In this document: positions 13,963-59,980 of the stretch, piece by piece
Position numbering within the stretch: the stretch's first letter is position 1
Layout of the letters: each line of letters starts with the position of its first letter
Source of the DNA: the human T2T-CHM13v2.0 reference genome, Homo sapiens
Strand: one strand, 5' to 3'
Length of the DNA stretch: 64,000 nucleotides
Assembly: GCF_009914755.1 (NCBI RefSeq)
Contig: NC_060944.1
Program-made: the position numbers and the translations under genes
Notes under the pieces: generated by a model
What the model was told of the DNA's origin: nothing
Seen by the model: the letters and a program-made list of their open reading frames with translations, nothing else
Databases searched by the model: none

Positions 13963-16329
13963 GCTTACAGGTAATATGATTTCAAGGCTATATTAGCACC
14001 TAACTAATACCATTAAAAAAAAAAATAGTAAAGTCCTTTCTAAAAAGTATTAAGTCACAATCAAATCCTCTTATCTTCTCCAGGGGAGGCTTCTTAACCT
14101 TCCCAACTAAATCAAACTTCAGCATTTCGACCCTTTCCCTCAAAGATTGCACAATTACCGTCTTATATTCACTCATGTGATGATTTGAGTAATTTATCTA
14201 CTTCTCCGCCTGCAGATTAGAGAAAGATAACATTTTGGAATTCTGTTTATTTCACTGAATGGGCTATCATAAGATTCTCCTGCCGCATTGAAAGAAATCT
14301 TTGTAAATGTGTTTTGTTATTTTTTCACTCTGTGGATGAACCTTTAATTCACTTAACCAACCCCTGTTGAGTATTTGAGATCTTTGTCTTTACTTTAGTA
14401 ACATTTCAGGGAACGTCTTTGCTCATAGACGGCTCTGTCCAAATTTTGGATTTCTTGCCTTAAGGCCTACCATCTTGAGTCTTTCTGAAGTGAATGTTGA
14501 AATGAATTTCACAGATTCACAGCCCTTTGAGAGCTTTTTTCAAATACTATCTTACTCCTTTTGTAGGCTCTTGTGCAAGACCAGGGCCTCAGTAACATGA
14601 GTGATCAAGCTAAATGGGTCATCTCATAAACATGCTTATCGGGACACTCACATATTGCGTAACTGGACAGCAGAAATGTATAGATTTTCAAAAACAAGTC
14701 AAAGGTTCAATTGATTGAACATTTTTTTTTCTGCTAGAAATGCTTTCCTTTTCATTTCCTTTTTACATAAGTCTGATTCACTCTTTACTTAAATATTTCT
14801 GTACTGGCGTCCAAAACCCTTCTTAAAAGTTTTCTCTTGCCTTAAAAGAAAATTTTTTTTTGTTATCTACCAGGCACAAATCCAACCCCTTAGTCCCCTA
14901 AAAAGTGCCTATTGTAAACTCTATGTTTAAAAACTATTACTGAGAAGGCGCTTCTTCAAATTCGCTGCAAACTTTATTATAACAAAGCTTAAAGAGCTAA
15001 AAGCGCGGCACAATGGAAAGTTGACTGTTATAAATATCTATCCGGCTTTGCAATATAAATTATAATTAAAAATAAACTTGTCAGAGAACTCTAGGCAACA
15101 CACAAAAAGTGAGACGTTTAGAACGAGGCAATTAAGAATGTTAATTGGAACACAGAGAAAAGCAAAGGACAGTCATTGTTAAGATAACTGCTCTATAAAC
15201 ACCTAAATGGATTCTGTGAAGGGGAAGAAAGGATCATCTTTTGACCATGAAAGGGAATATAAAATGTTCTTTTCTTTGTTTTAATGTGTGGAGAGATTTT
15301 AAACTTCTTTTCTCGCTCAGACGCTCAAGTAAACAAATGACTTGGCCCTAGTCTGGTGTGGGTAACTAAAGAGAGAAATGGAGGGAAAGAGAGAAAAGCC
15401 AACTGGGTAGGCGAGAAGAGAAGAGAGCAAATGCTGAAGAAGAAGAAAAACAAAGGAGGATGATAAATGTAGAGGAATAAAGGGAAAAACCAAAACAGAA
15501 GGCATAAACCCCTAGGAAACAGAACAAGAGTTAAACACAGAGAATAAGAAAGGAGTCATCTCCCTTTCTTCACTCTCCAAATGATCTGCAAGTTAATTTC
15601 TTAAAGACAGCAGAGTCGACAAGCACAGTCAGACAGACCCAGATGTAGATCTTGCTTCTTGGCAGTTTCCATCTGGGCTGGATAATTTCCTCCAGGTTCT
15701 CAACCTCTCTATGCCTTGATTTCTTCCCTAGTCAATGGGGAGGGTAATCGCTGCTTGTGGCTTCGCTGCAAAAATCAGAAATGATTTGTGTGAAGCCCCT
15801 GGCATATAATTAGTGTTTAGGAAACATCTATTACCACATGAATTATTTCAGGGTACAGCAGGAATGTTTAAGCTTTCTCATAATATTAAGCAGACGCACA
15901 ACATACATGATAGTTTTGGAGTCGGAGTTATTTAATTTACATGGTCATTTATTTGATCATTCATTCATTCAAGGAGTAATAATTTTGTCTGCTATGCACA
16001 GGGCCTTGAGCTCACCCAGTGCTGGGAATTTAGACATGAAAAACCTTAAGTAGTTCAGCCTAAAATGTCTAAAAGTTTAATGTCAAAATTGTTGGCTTTT
16101 GCAAAAATGTTAGCCTGTGGGCCAATGGTGGTCTATGGTACATTGACTCTGCCTAGAATATGGCTAGGATGGGATGGAAACACGAAAGACATGATTTAGA
16201 ACATATTCTTTTCCAGAATAAGCATTCCGTGACAGAAGGGGCCATATTCATCTCATTCACCGTTGCATAAACAAATTGCATTGCATAAGCAAATATCTTT
16301 AATGAACAGCATCTAGGAGCACGTGCTTT

Positions 16330-18380
<2,051 letters not shown>

Positions 18381-19504
18381 GAACTTTGCTTTTTTTTTTT
18401 TTTTTTTTTTTTTGGTGACATGAAAGGCTGTCAGAGTGTTTTGAGCAGGGGAATGACAGGATTTTCCTAGGTTTTAGGAGAACTCTGAGGGAGGTTATAG
18501 ACCCAAGTAGGTGGGGGATAGGATGGATGTGGGGAGAGCAGTGAGGACGCTCTTGCAGTAGTCCAGGAATGAGAAAATGGAGCTTGGACCAAGGTGGAAG
18601 TGGCAGGGGTGGGAGAGATAAAACAGAGATGTGGGGAATTCATTGTGATCATGTGGCTGATAGAACTTGCAAACTGATCGGATGCAGGTATAAGACACAG
18701 GGGTCAAGGATGACGCCTAGATTTTCAGCCTGAGCATCCAAAAGGTTGCAGGTACCAGGTAGAGAAATAGGGAAGGCTGTGGGAGACGTAGATTTGGCAG
18801 AGGGGGTGCTTCAGAACTCGTTTGGAACATGTTAGGTTTGATTTGCCAATTAGACATTCAAGTGGAAAAGTTAGATCAACAGTTGGAGACACCAGTCTAA
18901 AGTTCAGAGGCAAGGACCAGCAGGCTGTTGACATCAGTATGAGATGGTTTTTGAAGCCGAGAAACTGGCTGAGATCATCTAGGCAGTGAATGGAGATAGG
19001 GAAGAGAAAAGAGCAAGGATGAGGCCTGGGGAACTCCTGGGTTTACAGGAGGGAAGTTGAGGAGAAAAATACATAGGTGCAGAGAAAGAGCAGCCAGTGA
19101 ATCAGGATGACAGAGAGAGCAGTCCAGGAAGCCAAGAGAGGAACGTGCTTCACAGGGAGGCAGGGACTCACTGTCCAAACATGACACTGATGTGTCAAGG
19201 CAGACAAGCATTGGAACTGAGTGTTGGGTTTGGCAACACAGAGACAACTAGTCATTAAGAAGATGCCTGGGGATACCTAGGGGCAACAGCTGATTGGAGA
19301 GGGTTGGGGAAGGATGAGAGGAGATGGCGAACTCTTTAGGGTCAATTCTTTTAAAACTGTCTCATGGTGAGTGGGGAGTGGGGAGCATCAGGGTGAATAT
19401 GAGTGTGAGGGAGATAACATAGCAAGTGCTGGATGACGTTGGAAGGATCCGAGGGAAGAGGAAATGTTGATGATGCAGGAGAGAAAGGGAACAATTACAG
19501 AGTA

Positions 19505-20426
<922 letters not shown>

Positions 20427-20556
20427 TAGTGATCTCAGGAAAGTAGGAAAGAGCTGGGCATGGTGGCTGCTCATGCCTGTAGTCACAGCAACTCGGGGGG
20501 CCGAGGCAGGGAGATCCCTTGAGCCCAGGAATTCGAGACCAGCCTGGGCAACATAA

Positions 20557-20932
<376 letters not shown>

Positions 20933-21048
20933 TAGTAGAGACGGGGTTTCACCATGTTAGCCAGGATGGTCTTGATCTCCTGACCTCATGATTCACCCAC
21001 CTCAGCCTCCCAAATTGCTGGGATTACAGGCATGAGCCACCGCGCCTG

Positions 21049-21079
<31 letters not shown>

Positions 21080-22044
21080 GAGACGGAGTCTCACTCTGCT
21101 GCTCAGGCTGGAGTACAGTGGCGGGATCTCGGCTCACTGCAACCTCCACCTTCCCGGGTTCATGCCATTCTCCTGCCTCAGCCTCCCGAGTAGCTTGGAC
21201 TACAGGCACCCGCCACCACGCCTGGCTAATTTTTTTGTATTTTTAGTAGAGACGAGGTTTCACTGTGTTAGCCAGGACGGTCTTGGTCTCCTGACCTCAT
21301 GATCTGCCCGCCTCAGCCTCCCAAAGTGCTGAGAATTACAAGCGTGAGCCACCACGCCCGGCCCACACCCAGCTAATTTTTATATTTTTTGCAGAGATGA
21401 GGTTTCACCATGTTGGCCAGGCTGGTCTCGAACTCCTGACCTTAAGTGATTTGTTCACCTTGGCCTTCCAAAGTGCTAGAATTACAGGCACGAGTCACCG
21501 CACCTAGCCTATTTTATTTTACTTTATTTTAGTTTTCAGACAGAGTCTTACTCTATTGCCCAGGCTGGACTGCAGTGGCGCATATCAGCTCACTGAAACC
21601 TCTGCCTCCCGGGTGCAAGTGATTCTCCTGCCTCAGCCTCCTGAGTAGCTGGGATTACAGGCACGTGCCACCAAGCCTGGCTACTTTTTTTGTAGTTTTT
21701 GGTACAGACGCGGTTTGTCCAGGCTGGTCTTTAACTCTTGGCCTCAAGTGATCCGCCCACCTTGGCCTCCCAAAGTGCTGGGATTATAGGCATGAGCCTT
21801 TTATATTTTATTTAAAAATTTTTAAAAATTCTTTAAAAAAGGAAGAGATGGAGTGCTGGCCTATGACATGGTAACATAGTTCATCCGCTGCAATAGCAGG
21901 GAAGGCAGAATAGTTGGGTGCAGTTCAAGGCAGGTAGGTTAATTTAGCTTGGGAATGTGTGGGAGTTCACTACTGATTGCCTCTATTGTGTCTATTACAT
22001 TAGTGAAATTAGAAACAAGAGTAAGGAAGGGAAGAGGATGCTGA

Positions 22045-23025
<981 letters not shown>

Positions 23026-24216
23026 TAGCCTCCTGAGTAGCTGGGACTACAGGTGCACAACACCACACCTGGCTAATTTTTTTTATTTTTTGTAGAGACA
23101 GGGTCTCGCTATGTTGCTCAGGCTGGTCTTGAACTCCTGGCCTCAAGTGGTCCTCTTGCCAAAGTCCTGGGATGACAGGCATGAGGTTCGGCACCTGGCT
23201 ATGGTCATGCATTTGAAGGGAAACCAGTTAGCTGTGGTAGTGCTTTTTTTTTTCCCTCAGACATTTTCAGTGGTACCTGTCCAAGTGCAGAATGGACTAA
23301 GAGTTGGATTGAAAAGGAATGGGGTTTAGCCAAGCAAGTACAACAGAGAATAAAAGAACAGGGGCACTGAGGCTGAATGTGGGGGATTACAATGATGGAC
23401 CCTAGACTCAAGGCCTGGTAAGAGAGGCAGAGCAGGAAGAAGTGAAGAGGAGTAAAACAGGTTTGTGAGCATGGAGGTTGGGGGAAAATCAAGCGATTGT
23501 TGGACTTGGGGTCCCAAAGGGACAAAGCCAGAAAGATTTTAGGGGATAGTCGGAGGAAAAGATGCTTGAAATTGAGATGGTGGAGCCGATGTCGTGGCTG
23601 GAAAGGATGAGGGTATGGAGCACCTGCTCAGGTGGGGTGGATGACAGGAGCCTCATGGAGAGGAGGACAAGGAGCTGAGCAGCTGAGGTATCAAAGGGTC
23701 ATCTTACCAAATACTGAAAATGTCAAGAAGTATTGTAGGTGAGCAAGACAGTCGGGTGACAGTGTCTTTAGGAACTGAGGAGTAGGCTCTCGGGTCTGCA
23801 GAAGAGGCAATGAGGAGGGGGCATAGACAAGAACAGGTGAGTCTGAGCTTCTGAGTCTCAGCTGAATGCTTTGGGGAGGAAGAATGGATAATTGAGGCCT
23901 CAAGAGGCAAGAAACTCACTTAGCCCAACTCCAGTCAGTGCACCAGGGTGACAGAGGGAAACAGAGCCCCTGGAGAGAGCTGGGGGAGAAGCAGTGTCCC
24001 CAGGGGAGAACCAAGGGCCAATTAGGGCAAGAACATTCCAAAAAAAAAGTGAGGATAAAGGAGACTTTGCCATGACGAACCAGAAGACACTGAGGAAGTG
24101 TTGGGGGTCGGTGACAGGGCTGAGGATTGGGTCAGATAAGAAACAGGTTTATGGGCCGGGCGCGGTGGCTCACGCCGGTAATCCCAGCACTTTGGGAGGC
24201 CGAGGTGGGTGGATCA

Positions 24217-24525
<309 letters not shown>

Positions 24526-24654
24526 CTAATCGTTTACCCCATGGGATAATTACTATTATTAACAGATGCATTTTCCAGATGAGAACTTTGAGGTATAGAA
24601 AGTAATGACCAAGATTCAGCTATAGAACTAGGCCACCGCCTCAGGACCATACTG

Positions 24655-26314
<1,660 letters not shown>

Positions 26315-26477
26315 CGTATTATATTCACATATCTCTCGGTGGAGGAAATGCTCAATAAATGTCCGATATTATTGTTGATATTATTATCATCATTGACACC
26401 TAATTCACAGGACTTCAAAACAAGCTAGCTATGATTCCAGCCCTGCGCTGTCACGCAAAAGATATTAAACAAATGTT

Positions 26478-30435
<3,958 letters not shown>

Positions 30436-30636
30436 GCTTGTGTAAGTATTTATTATGTTAATACAAAATATTTATCATCAAAAAATAAACAATACATTTG
30501 ATTGAACCATCTTGTATCATCCTTCTTCTTAGTGGAAGACATTGCATAGACACTGTATCTCTTATATTTCTCCTGATAATACTACAAGATTGATCCTTGT
30601 CCAACAGATATTTCCTGAACACCTACTATGTGCTGC

Positions 30637-30864
30637 AAGTACTGAGATCCACAGTGCAATCCGGCAGCCAGGGAGCACCCCCGATCACAGACACTGTGGC
30701 CCCGCAATGGATGGGCGCTTCCATTGCTGGAGCTCACTTTTCCTGCTCTGTAAGTACTGAGATCCACAGTGCAATCCGGCAGCCAGGGAGCACCCCCGAT
30801 CACGGACACTGTGGCCCCGCAGTGGACGGGCGCTTCCGTCGCTGGAGCTCACTTTTCCTGCTCT
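30637..30864. repeat. Two-copy 115-bp tandem duplication
   Basis: Copies start at 30637 and 30752, with 5 substitutions in 113 aligned nt. Confidence 0.97.
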
Positions 30865-31120
30865 ATTGTTGTCATAGAAGAAAGTTCCATACCCAACATC
30901 ACATTCTCTACTTATTTGTTTGTCTCTCTTTTCCTCTAGAACTGCAGGAGCTGGGAATTTGAACTGTTTCTCTCACTTCTGGATCCCAGCATTTAGAACA
31001 GGGCTCCACTCACAGCAGCCACTATTGCTGAAGAAGCAAATCCCGCGGGATTGCTTGAGGTCATTGGACTTCACAAGAGATGTCTGGGGTGGAGACAGGA
31101 CTTGGGAAGATGCTGGTTCA

Positions 31121-31910
<790 letters not shown>

Positions 31911-32764
31911 TTACCTGAGGGCTCTCTCTGGAAAGCAGGACTTATCCACACTCCTTAGTATCTTGATGCTGCTGAGAGATCAACGTCAGGGCTGGGAAAA
32001 GGGCTGTTGGATTTGAGAGAAGGGATGAGAGTCATGAAGCACACTGGGGGGCCGCTTCCAGGGACAGGAGACATCAATGGAGGGGAAATGAGAAATAAGT
32101 GGACCTGCACCTTTTGCTAAGGGAGGCTGTTAAGGGAGGAGAGAGACCGGGCAGTTGCTAGACGGATGGTGGCCAAGGGAGGGTTTTGTTTTTGTTTTAA
32201 AGATGGGAGAGATTATAAGTGCTGAAGGGAAGGATGTAATTCAAAAGGAAAGCTTGCATATTCATGGGGGATCAGGAGTAAGGAAGGTTCTGAGGTGGCA
32301 GGCAGGGCTAGGAGGCGGCGGGATTGGTTTTTGGAGGGACATCCGTTAACAGGAGGAGAGAAGCTGGGGACCAGGAGCAAAGCCCAAGGCCTTCCCAGGC
32401 CCTGGAAACCCTCCGTGCTGGGCCGGTCCCCTGCTGCTTCTCTGGTTTCACTTCCTTTCTCAGCCCTGTTCCCACTTCTGCTCTGGCCCCCTGGCTCCCT
32501 GGCTTTTCCCTGAGTCCTCCCACCAGGCTCCTGCCTTTGCCTCACTTTCCTCTCTCCCTAGGATATTTTTGCTGCAGAGATCCACGTGGCTCAGTCCCTC
32601 GCTTTATCTGGGTCTCTGCTCTCCTGTCCATTTTTCAGAGCTCTTCCCTGACTACCACATAGGTAACGGTATCCTCCTATTACCTTCCATTCAGACCCTC
32701 TCCTTTACCATAGGGCCTTTGCACCTGCTATTCTCCCTGCCTGAAATACTGTGCCTTGCCTGAT

Positions 32765-35183
<2,419 letters not shown>

Positions 35184-35789
35184 CAGCTTCTCTTTTTGAA
35201 TGCCAGGCTTTGTGCTAAAACTCTTACTGGTTTTTACACTGAGCCCCCAAAGATTATCAACCCAAATTTCAGGACGCATGTGTTTTTATTAATGTCTCAG
35301 AAAAGTCAGATTGGAAGTTGCATGCACAATTCCTGCCGGAACAAAGTACAGCCATCTCCCTGCACTAATGCATTTCCAGCTGGTGGAGTTCAGTTTTTAA
35401 AGAGCAGTAAATACTTGCAAGAGACGAACGGCAGGAAGTGAATGAAGGAATAGATACATTTTTAAGATCCACTGACAGCTTGTACATTCTGGAAGCCATG
35501 TGGGTCAGGGGGATGAATTTATTGGCTTTAACGTCAGACGCTCTGCAGGTCGTGAGATGTGCCTTTTGTCCTGACGTCAGCTGAGAGCAGATCTTTGGAA
35601 GGATTTGCCCATTGAGCACATTTGCTGAAACATCTTGGCTTCATTACATTTATGAGTTTTAAAAGCATGTAAAATATTTTATGTGGTTCTTGCAAAAGGG
35701 TAACAACATAAATAACCTGCAGGGATAGGATGATTTTCAAGAAATGGGGTCAGCCGGCAAGCCAGTGTTCACTCTGTGGACATTCTGAG

Positions 35790-36745
<956 letters not shown>

Positions 36746-37064
36746 TAGGTGTGAGCCATCACGCCCAACGGGCACAGTTGTTAATATCATGTTAGATTAA
36801 AAATCAAAATCTTACAGAAACTTCAGCCTTTATATCACGATGGCTTCCTGTCCCTATGGCAAGGTAATCCTTAAGAGAGAGGCCAAGCTCAAAGCTGTAG
36901 CCAAATAATTTAATATCTATGAGGTGACTTTCACATACCTCATACTAAATATGCAAGCTACACATGACCTCTACCATCCAGAAATACCTGTTTTAGCAGC
37001 GAAGATAGACTATCTGATGAGAAATCGTACTATGGGAGGAACATGGCTTGGCAATTAAGAGTCT

Positions 37065-41215
<4,151 letters not shown>

Positions 41216-41786
41216 GATTCCCGCTTTGGAACAATGGCTAGGGGCTGGGAATCTAGGATGGATCCAGAGTGGGCAAGTCTTGGCTTCTTATAACTGCAGA
41301 ATCCCACGATGGATGTGTGGGTGGGCTGGGGTAACAGATCTACTCAGGGTGGGGGCTGGGGGTATCGCGAGGTGTTTAAGCCTGTCAATAAAAAAAGTGA
41401 CCGCTGCTTTGTATCTGCAGCTACTCAAGGGAAATAAAGCCGTTTGCTTATAAAGAATTTCCATAAACATTTCTGAGGATGTGTATTAGGGGTAATCTTG
41501 GGATGTGCATTAAACTAAACAGGGTAGTATAAACACAGGAACAGGCTGAAAGGGGGAGAATAAATGGCCCAGGTTTGCCCTGGCCCAATGGCCTTAGGCA
41601 ACTTGTGCAGCCTGCAGAAACCCAGAGACTTCAGTTCATTATTTAAAGAAGGCGGAGACAAAGAGGGAAAACCAAACGCAGCCCTCCCATGGGTAGATAG
41701 ATTCTTGAACAACCTCTGGAATTAAGCTTTTTTTTTCTCTCCTCCTAGTGTTCAATGCTTTGGATTCCTGAAGTTATCTATGTTGA

Positions 41787-42066
<280 letters not shown>

Positions 42067-42269
42067 TAGCCAGGATGGTCTCGATCTCCTGACCTCGTGA
42101 CCCACCTGCCTCGGCCTCCCAAAGTGCTGGGATTACAGGCGTGAGCCACTGTGCCCGGCTGGCTAGGCACAGTTCTAAAAGCTGCGTGTGCACGATCTCA
42201 TTTCATCCTCCCGGTACCGCTTTGGGGAAGGTAACACTATTGCCTCCACTTTGCAGAAGAGGAAACTGA

Positions 42270-42759
<490 letters not shown>

Positions 42760-43116
42760 TGATAATATAAATAAATAATTTTTAAAGTGTCCCCTTGTGC
42801 AAACCAATGATGAAAGCAGGCCATGAATAGAGGCAGGTGATCAGCTCCACTCTGTGCCCCGGAGTACCCTCAAAATAAACCCCAAGGCTCAGGACCAAAT
42901 ATAGATGATGATAGGCTAGGCGGTGGCTCACACACAAAAAATCAGAGGTGGATAAGAATCTATATCTGCACCTGCCAGGAGCCAGGTCGAGGAGGATTAA
43001 GAGTTGGGGGAGACTTTCCACTGTGCCCATTCTTTCTACATTTTGGGTCATATGAATGTATTATCTTTTCCAAAGTTTGAATTATTATTTTTGTTTTGTT
43101 TGTTTTGTTTTTTTGA

Positions 43117-43293
<177 letters not shown>

Positions 43294-43296
43294 TAA

Positions 43297-43504
<208 letters not shown>

Positions 43505-43627
43505 TAGCCAGGATGCTCTTGATCTCCTGACCTCGTGATCCGTCTGCCTCGGCCTCCCAAAGTGCTGAGATTACAGGCGTGAGCCACCGCGCCCGGCCAA
43601 AATTTTTTTTAATATGATACAAAATAA

Positions 43628-43834
<207 letters not shown>

Positions 43835-43943
43835 TAGCCAGGATGGTCTCAATCTCCTGACCTCGTGATCCGCCCACCTCGGCCTCCCAAAGTGCTGGGA
43901 TTACAGGCGTGAGCCACCGCGCCCGGACTAATATTTTTTTTTA

Positions 43944-44368
<425 letters not shown>

Positions 44369-44498
44369 TTACAGAACGAAATTAGCCAGCAAGCAGGTGA
44401 GAGCAGAGATTAAAACGGTAATGAAGATGGCCATTCCACAGCCTTTTCTAACTACATGGAAATTATCTTCCTTGACAGTAGCCAACCTGTGCTTACAT

Positions 44499-44538
<40 letters not shown>
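44499..44538. repeat. (TC)n microsatellite
   Basis: Near-perfect TC repeat. Confidence 0.9.
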
Positions 44539-45449
44539 CTCCCACCTGCTTGCCATGACCTATTTCATAGTCCTGGCACGTGTGAAATGCCTGCCAAGAA
44601 CTGCAGAAGACAGAGACACAGTGCTCCAAAAAGGTTGAATGGCAACTTTATCATGGACATTTTGGTGATTACAATATCTACATTTCCTGGGGGGTCTCAG
44701 AATCACAGAAATTATTTCAAGTTAGTCCGAGGCTGCTCAACGCTGAGGTCAAAACATCTGAGAGAAAAGGTTAAGTAAAAAATCTGGTTGTTTCTATAAA
44801 ACTGGACTCATTCATTCAATGGCTATGTACTGAATACCTACCATGTACCAGACCACGCTGAGGACCAGCCAGAGGCAAGGCAGGCACCTCAGGCACAAAA
44901 GGCAAGAAGGCCTCACTCTCTGTCACTGCTACACCTGCAAAACCCCTAGCGTAAGGTTCCCTTTGCATTTCCTGCCCGTGGTGCCTGCCTGGCCTCATCC
45001 TAGTGCCTATTCCATACCAGACGCTGTTCTAAGCACTGACGCTGCAGCAGTGAACAAAACAAAAAGAAGCTGGACAAATGCTCAAGTCTCCACATTTCAG
45101 AATTGGATATTTTGGTGCTGAATTGACTGCGTTAAGAAACAGAGGTTTCCCGGATACAGTGGCTCATGTGTGTAATCCCAGCACTATGAGAGGCTGAGGC
45201 GAGAGGATGGCTTGAGCCCAGGAGTTTTGAGACCAACCTGGACAACACGGTGAAATCCCAGCTTTACAAAAAATATGAAAATTAGCTGGGCATGGTGGTA
45301 CACGCCTGTAGTCCCAGCTACTCGGAAGGCTGAGGTGGGAGGATCACCTGAGTCTGAGGAGGTTGAGGCTGCAGTGAGTTGAGATTGTGCCACTGCACTC
45401 CGCCTGGGCAACAGAGTGAGACTCTGTCTCAAAAAAAAGAAACAGGTCA

Positions 45450-45773
<324 letters not shown>

Positions 45774-47555
45774 TCAGCTTGGAGTTACTAAGTGATCTCA
45801 GTCTTGCTTCAGTTGACTTCTTACTCTGCATCCCCAGGTAGCCCTTTGTTGTTCAGGACTAGCTTGGACAATGGAAAGCCCCATCTTCTGAGTGCTCCCC
45901 AATGTCTGGGGCTATAGATAGATTGACCAATGCAATCTATGTCATGCCCCATGAGGTGGGACCAGTGATTCTCACCACTTTCCAAACTGAGGTCACAGTT
46001 GGTCTGAAAGCTGGGAGGGTTCACCCATAGAGAAAACTGGCCAAGACAAGATTCAGATCTGGCGTGGGTCCGAGAGACTCCTGCAAGGGTGTACTCTAGC
46101 ACTCCACACATTACTTAAGGTTGGTTGAGCTCAGAGGTACAGATATATGTTGGCGACTTACTGAAGGCTGCAAAGCTCATTAAGATCAGGGGTCCAGGGT
46201 CTGAGCTCTTCAAAAGATGTTCCACCCTAGGAAGGAAAACGCTCGTTGTTATCATCATTGACGTTTGGTCACTGAGCCTTGGGGTTTATTTTTAGGAAAC
46301 TCCTAAAAATAATGTGTTTTAGGACACACAGTGAAACTGATCATGTGTCTCCATTCATGGCCTGCTTTCATCATTGGTTTGTGCATGAAGACACTTCTAA
46401 AATTATTTATTCATATTATCGATATATAGATGTATTAGCCATTGCTTCTCCCTGTCACGTATAAGACTTGACAAGACTATCATCCCCGAGGTGACCCCCG
46501 AAGTGCTATCATTACTCACCGTCCTACCCTCTGGCCCAGCTGCAAAGAATGGGTCTAGCTTAGCTTTCTGATCCTTTCTGCCATCCCAACCCAATCTGCT
46601 CTGATTCATCACTTCCTCCCTAAGCATCCTCACCAAAGCCCTTCAGCACCAGTGTCAGCAACAACAGCCAATATGCCCTGGGTCTTCCTTCCTGTGCTCT
46701 TTCAAATAACCAGATTATTACTGGACTGCCTATTATATGCCAGGCCCTGTGATTGGCACTGGAATGCAACAATAAGCAAAAACAGACATGGTACCTACCC
46801 ATCTTCATTTAGCACACAGTCTAGTGGAGGGAGGTGGACATCAGTTAAATAATCACCCCCAAGTACGCAGAAAGATCTTATTGCACAGTATGATAATGGA
46901 TATGGAGAAAAAGTGCCAGGCACCGCCACCAGGAGTTGGAACTGGTCCAGGAGGGCTTCTCTGAGGAAGGGACCTTGGAGCTGAAACCTGTAGGATGGGG
47001 CAACTGGGTAAAGTGGGCAGAGATAGCCTCTGGGCAGAGGGTTGAGCAGTGACACTGGAGAGGAAGCCAGAGGCTCACTTGGGAAAGACCTTGAGATGGA
47101 TCAGAGGCAGGTGATGGCGGGCATCCATGGGGTCTTACTCTGAGCATTCATGGGATTCAGTTTGGGTGCAATGCAGTCGCGGCCGGCTACAGTTGCAGAA
47201 CTCACTGGAGGGAGGTGAGAGTGCATGGGAAGACCAGTGAGGAAGCTCCTGCCCGTCTACAGGTGATGGACGATCGGGATAGTGGGGTGGTAGCAAGGTG
47301 CAAACAAATGGACTCATGATGTACTTGGAGATTTGGTGATGGAGTGCATGAGGGATAAGGAGCAGAGTGAGGGGTCCCTGACCTCCTGCTCGAGCAAATA
47401 GAGCAACAGTAGATCCTCAGGTGATCTTCATAAATTCAAACCATCCTTCCCTCCCTTGCACAGGCAAGAAACAACATTGAAGTATCTACATTGAAGACAG
47501 AACTTTGTGTTCCTATTTGTTTTTCTCTATGCTAATTAAAATGCCCTTTGTAATG

Positions 47556-48338
<783 letters not shown>

Positions 48339-48649
48339 TCAGAAACAATTTTCATGTCATTTGAAGCTTAATTTCATTAGCAAATAAAAACTGTTTCAAA
48401 TACCACCATTGGTCCTCTAAAGTTGATTTAGAGATTCAGGTTGAAAATCGATTAAAGTGATTTTTCCTTCATAAAAGTTTATAGCTCTGCAGGCACACAC
48501 AGACTCCTTAGACTTGCAAAGCCACATCCATATTATTTTCCAGAATGACCGTTACCGAAAAAAAGTGAGTTGCAGAGCAATAAGTAGATATGATCTCGTT
48601 TATGTAAAAACAAAACAAAGCAGTGACAAAAGCTAAAACTGAAAATCAC

Positions 48650-49100
<451 letters not shown>

Positions 49101-49109
49101 GTTAACAGT

Positions 49110-59980
<10,871 letters not shown>

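Noticed and set aside
30650-30813. CACAGTG/CACTGTG heptamers resembling V(D)J recombination signals
   Set aside because: No ACAAAAACC-like nonamer at 12- or 23-nt spacing.
30637-30864. Possible CRISPR-like array or H/ACA snoRNA
   Set aside because: Only two contiguous copies without spacers, and no properly placed H and ACA boxes.
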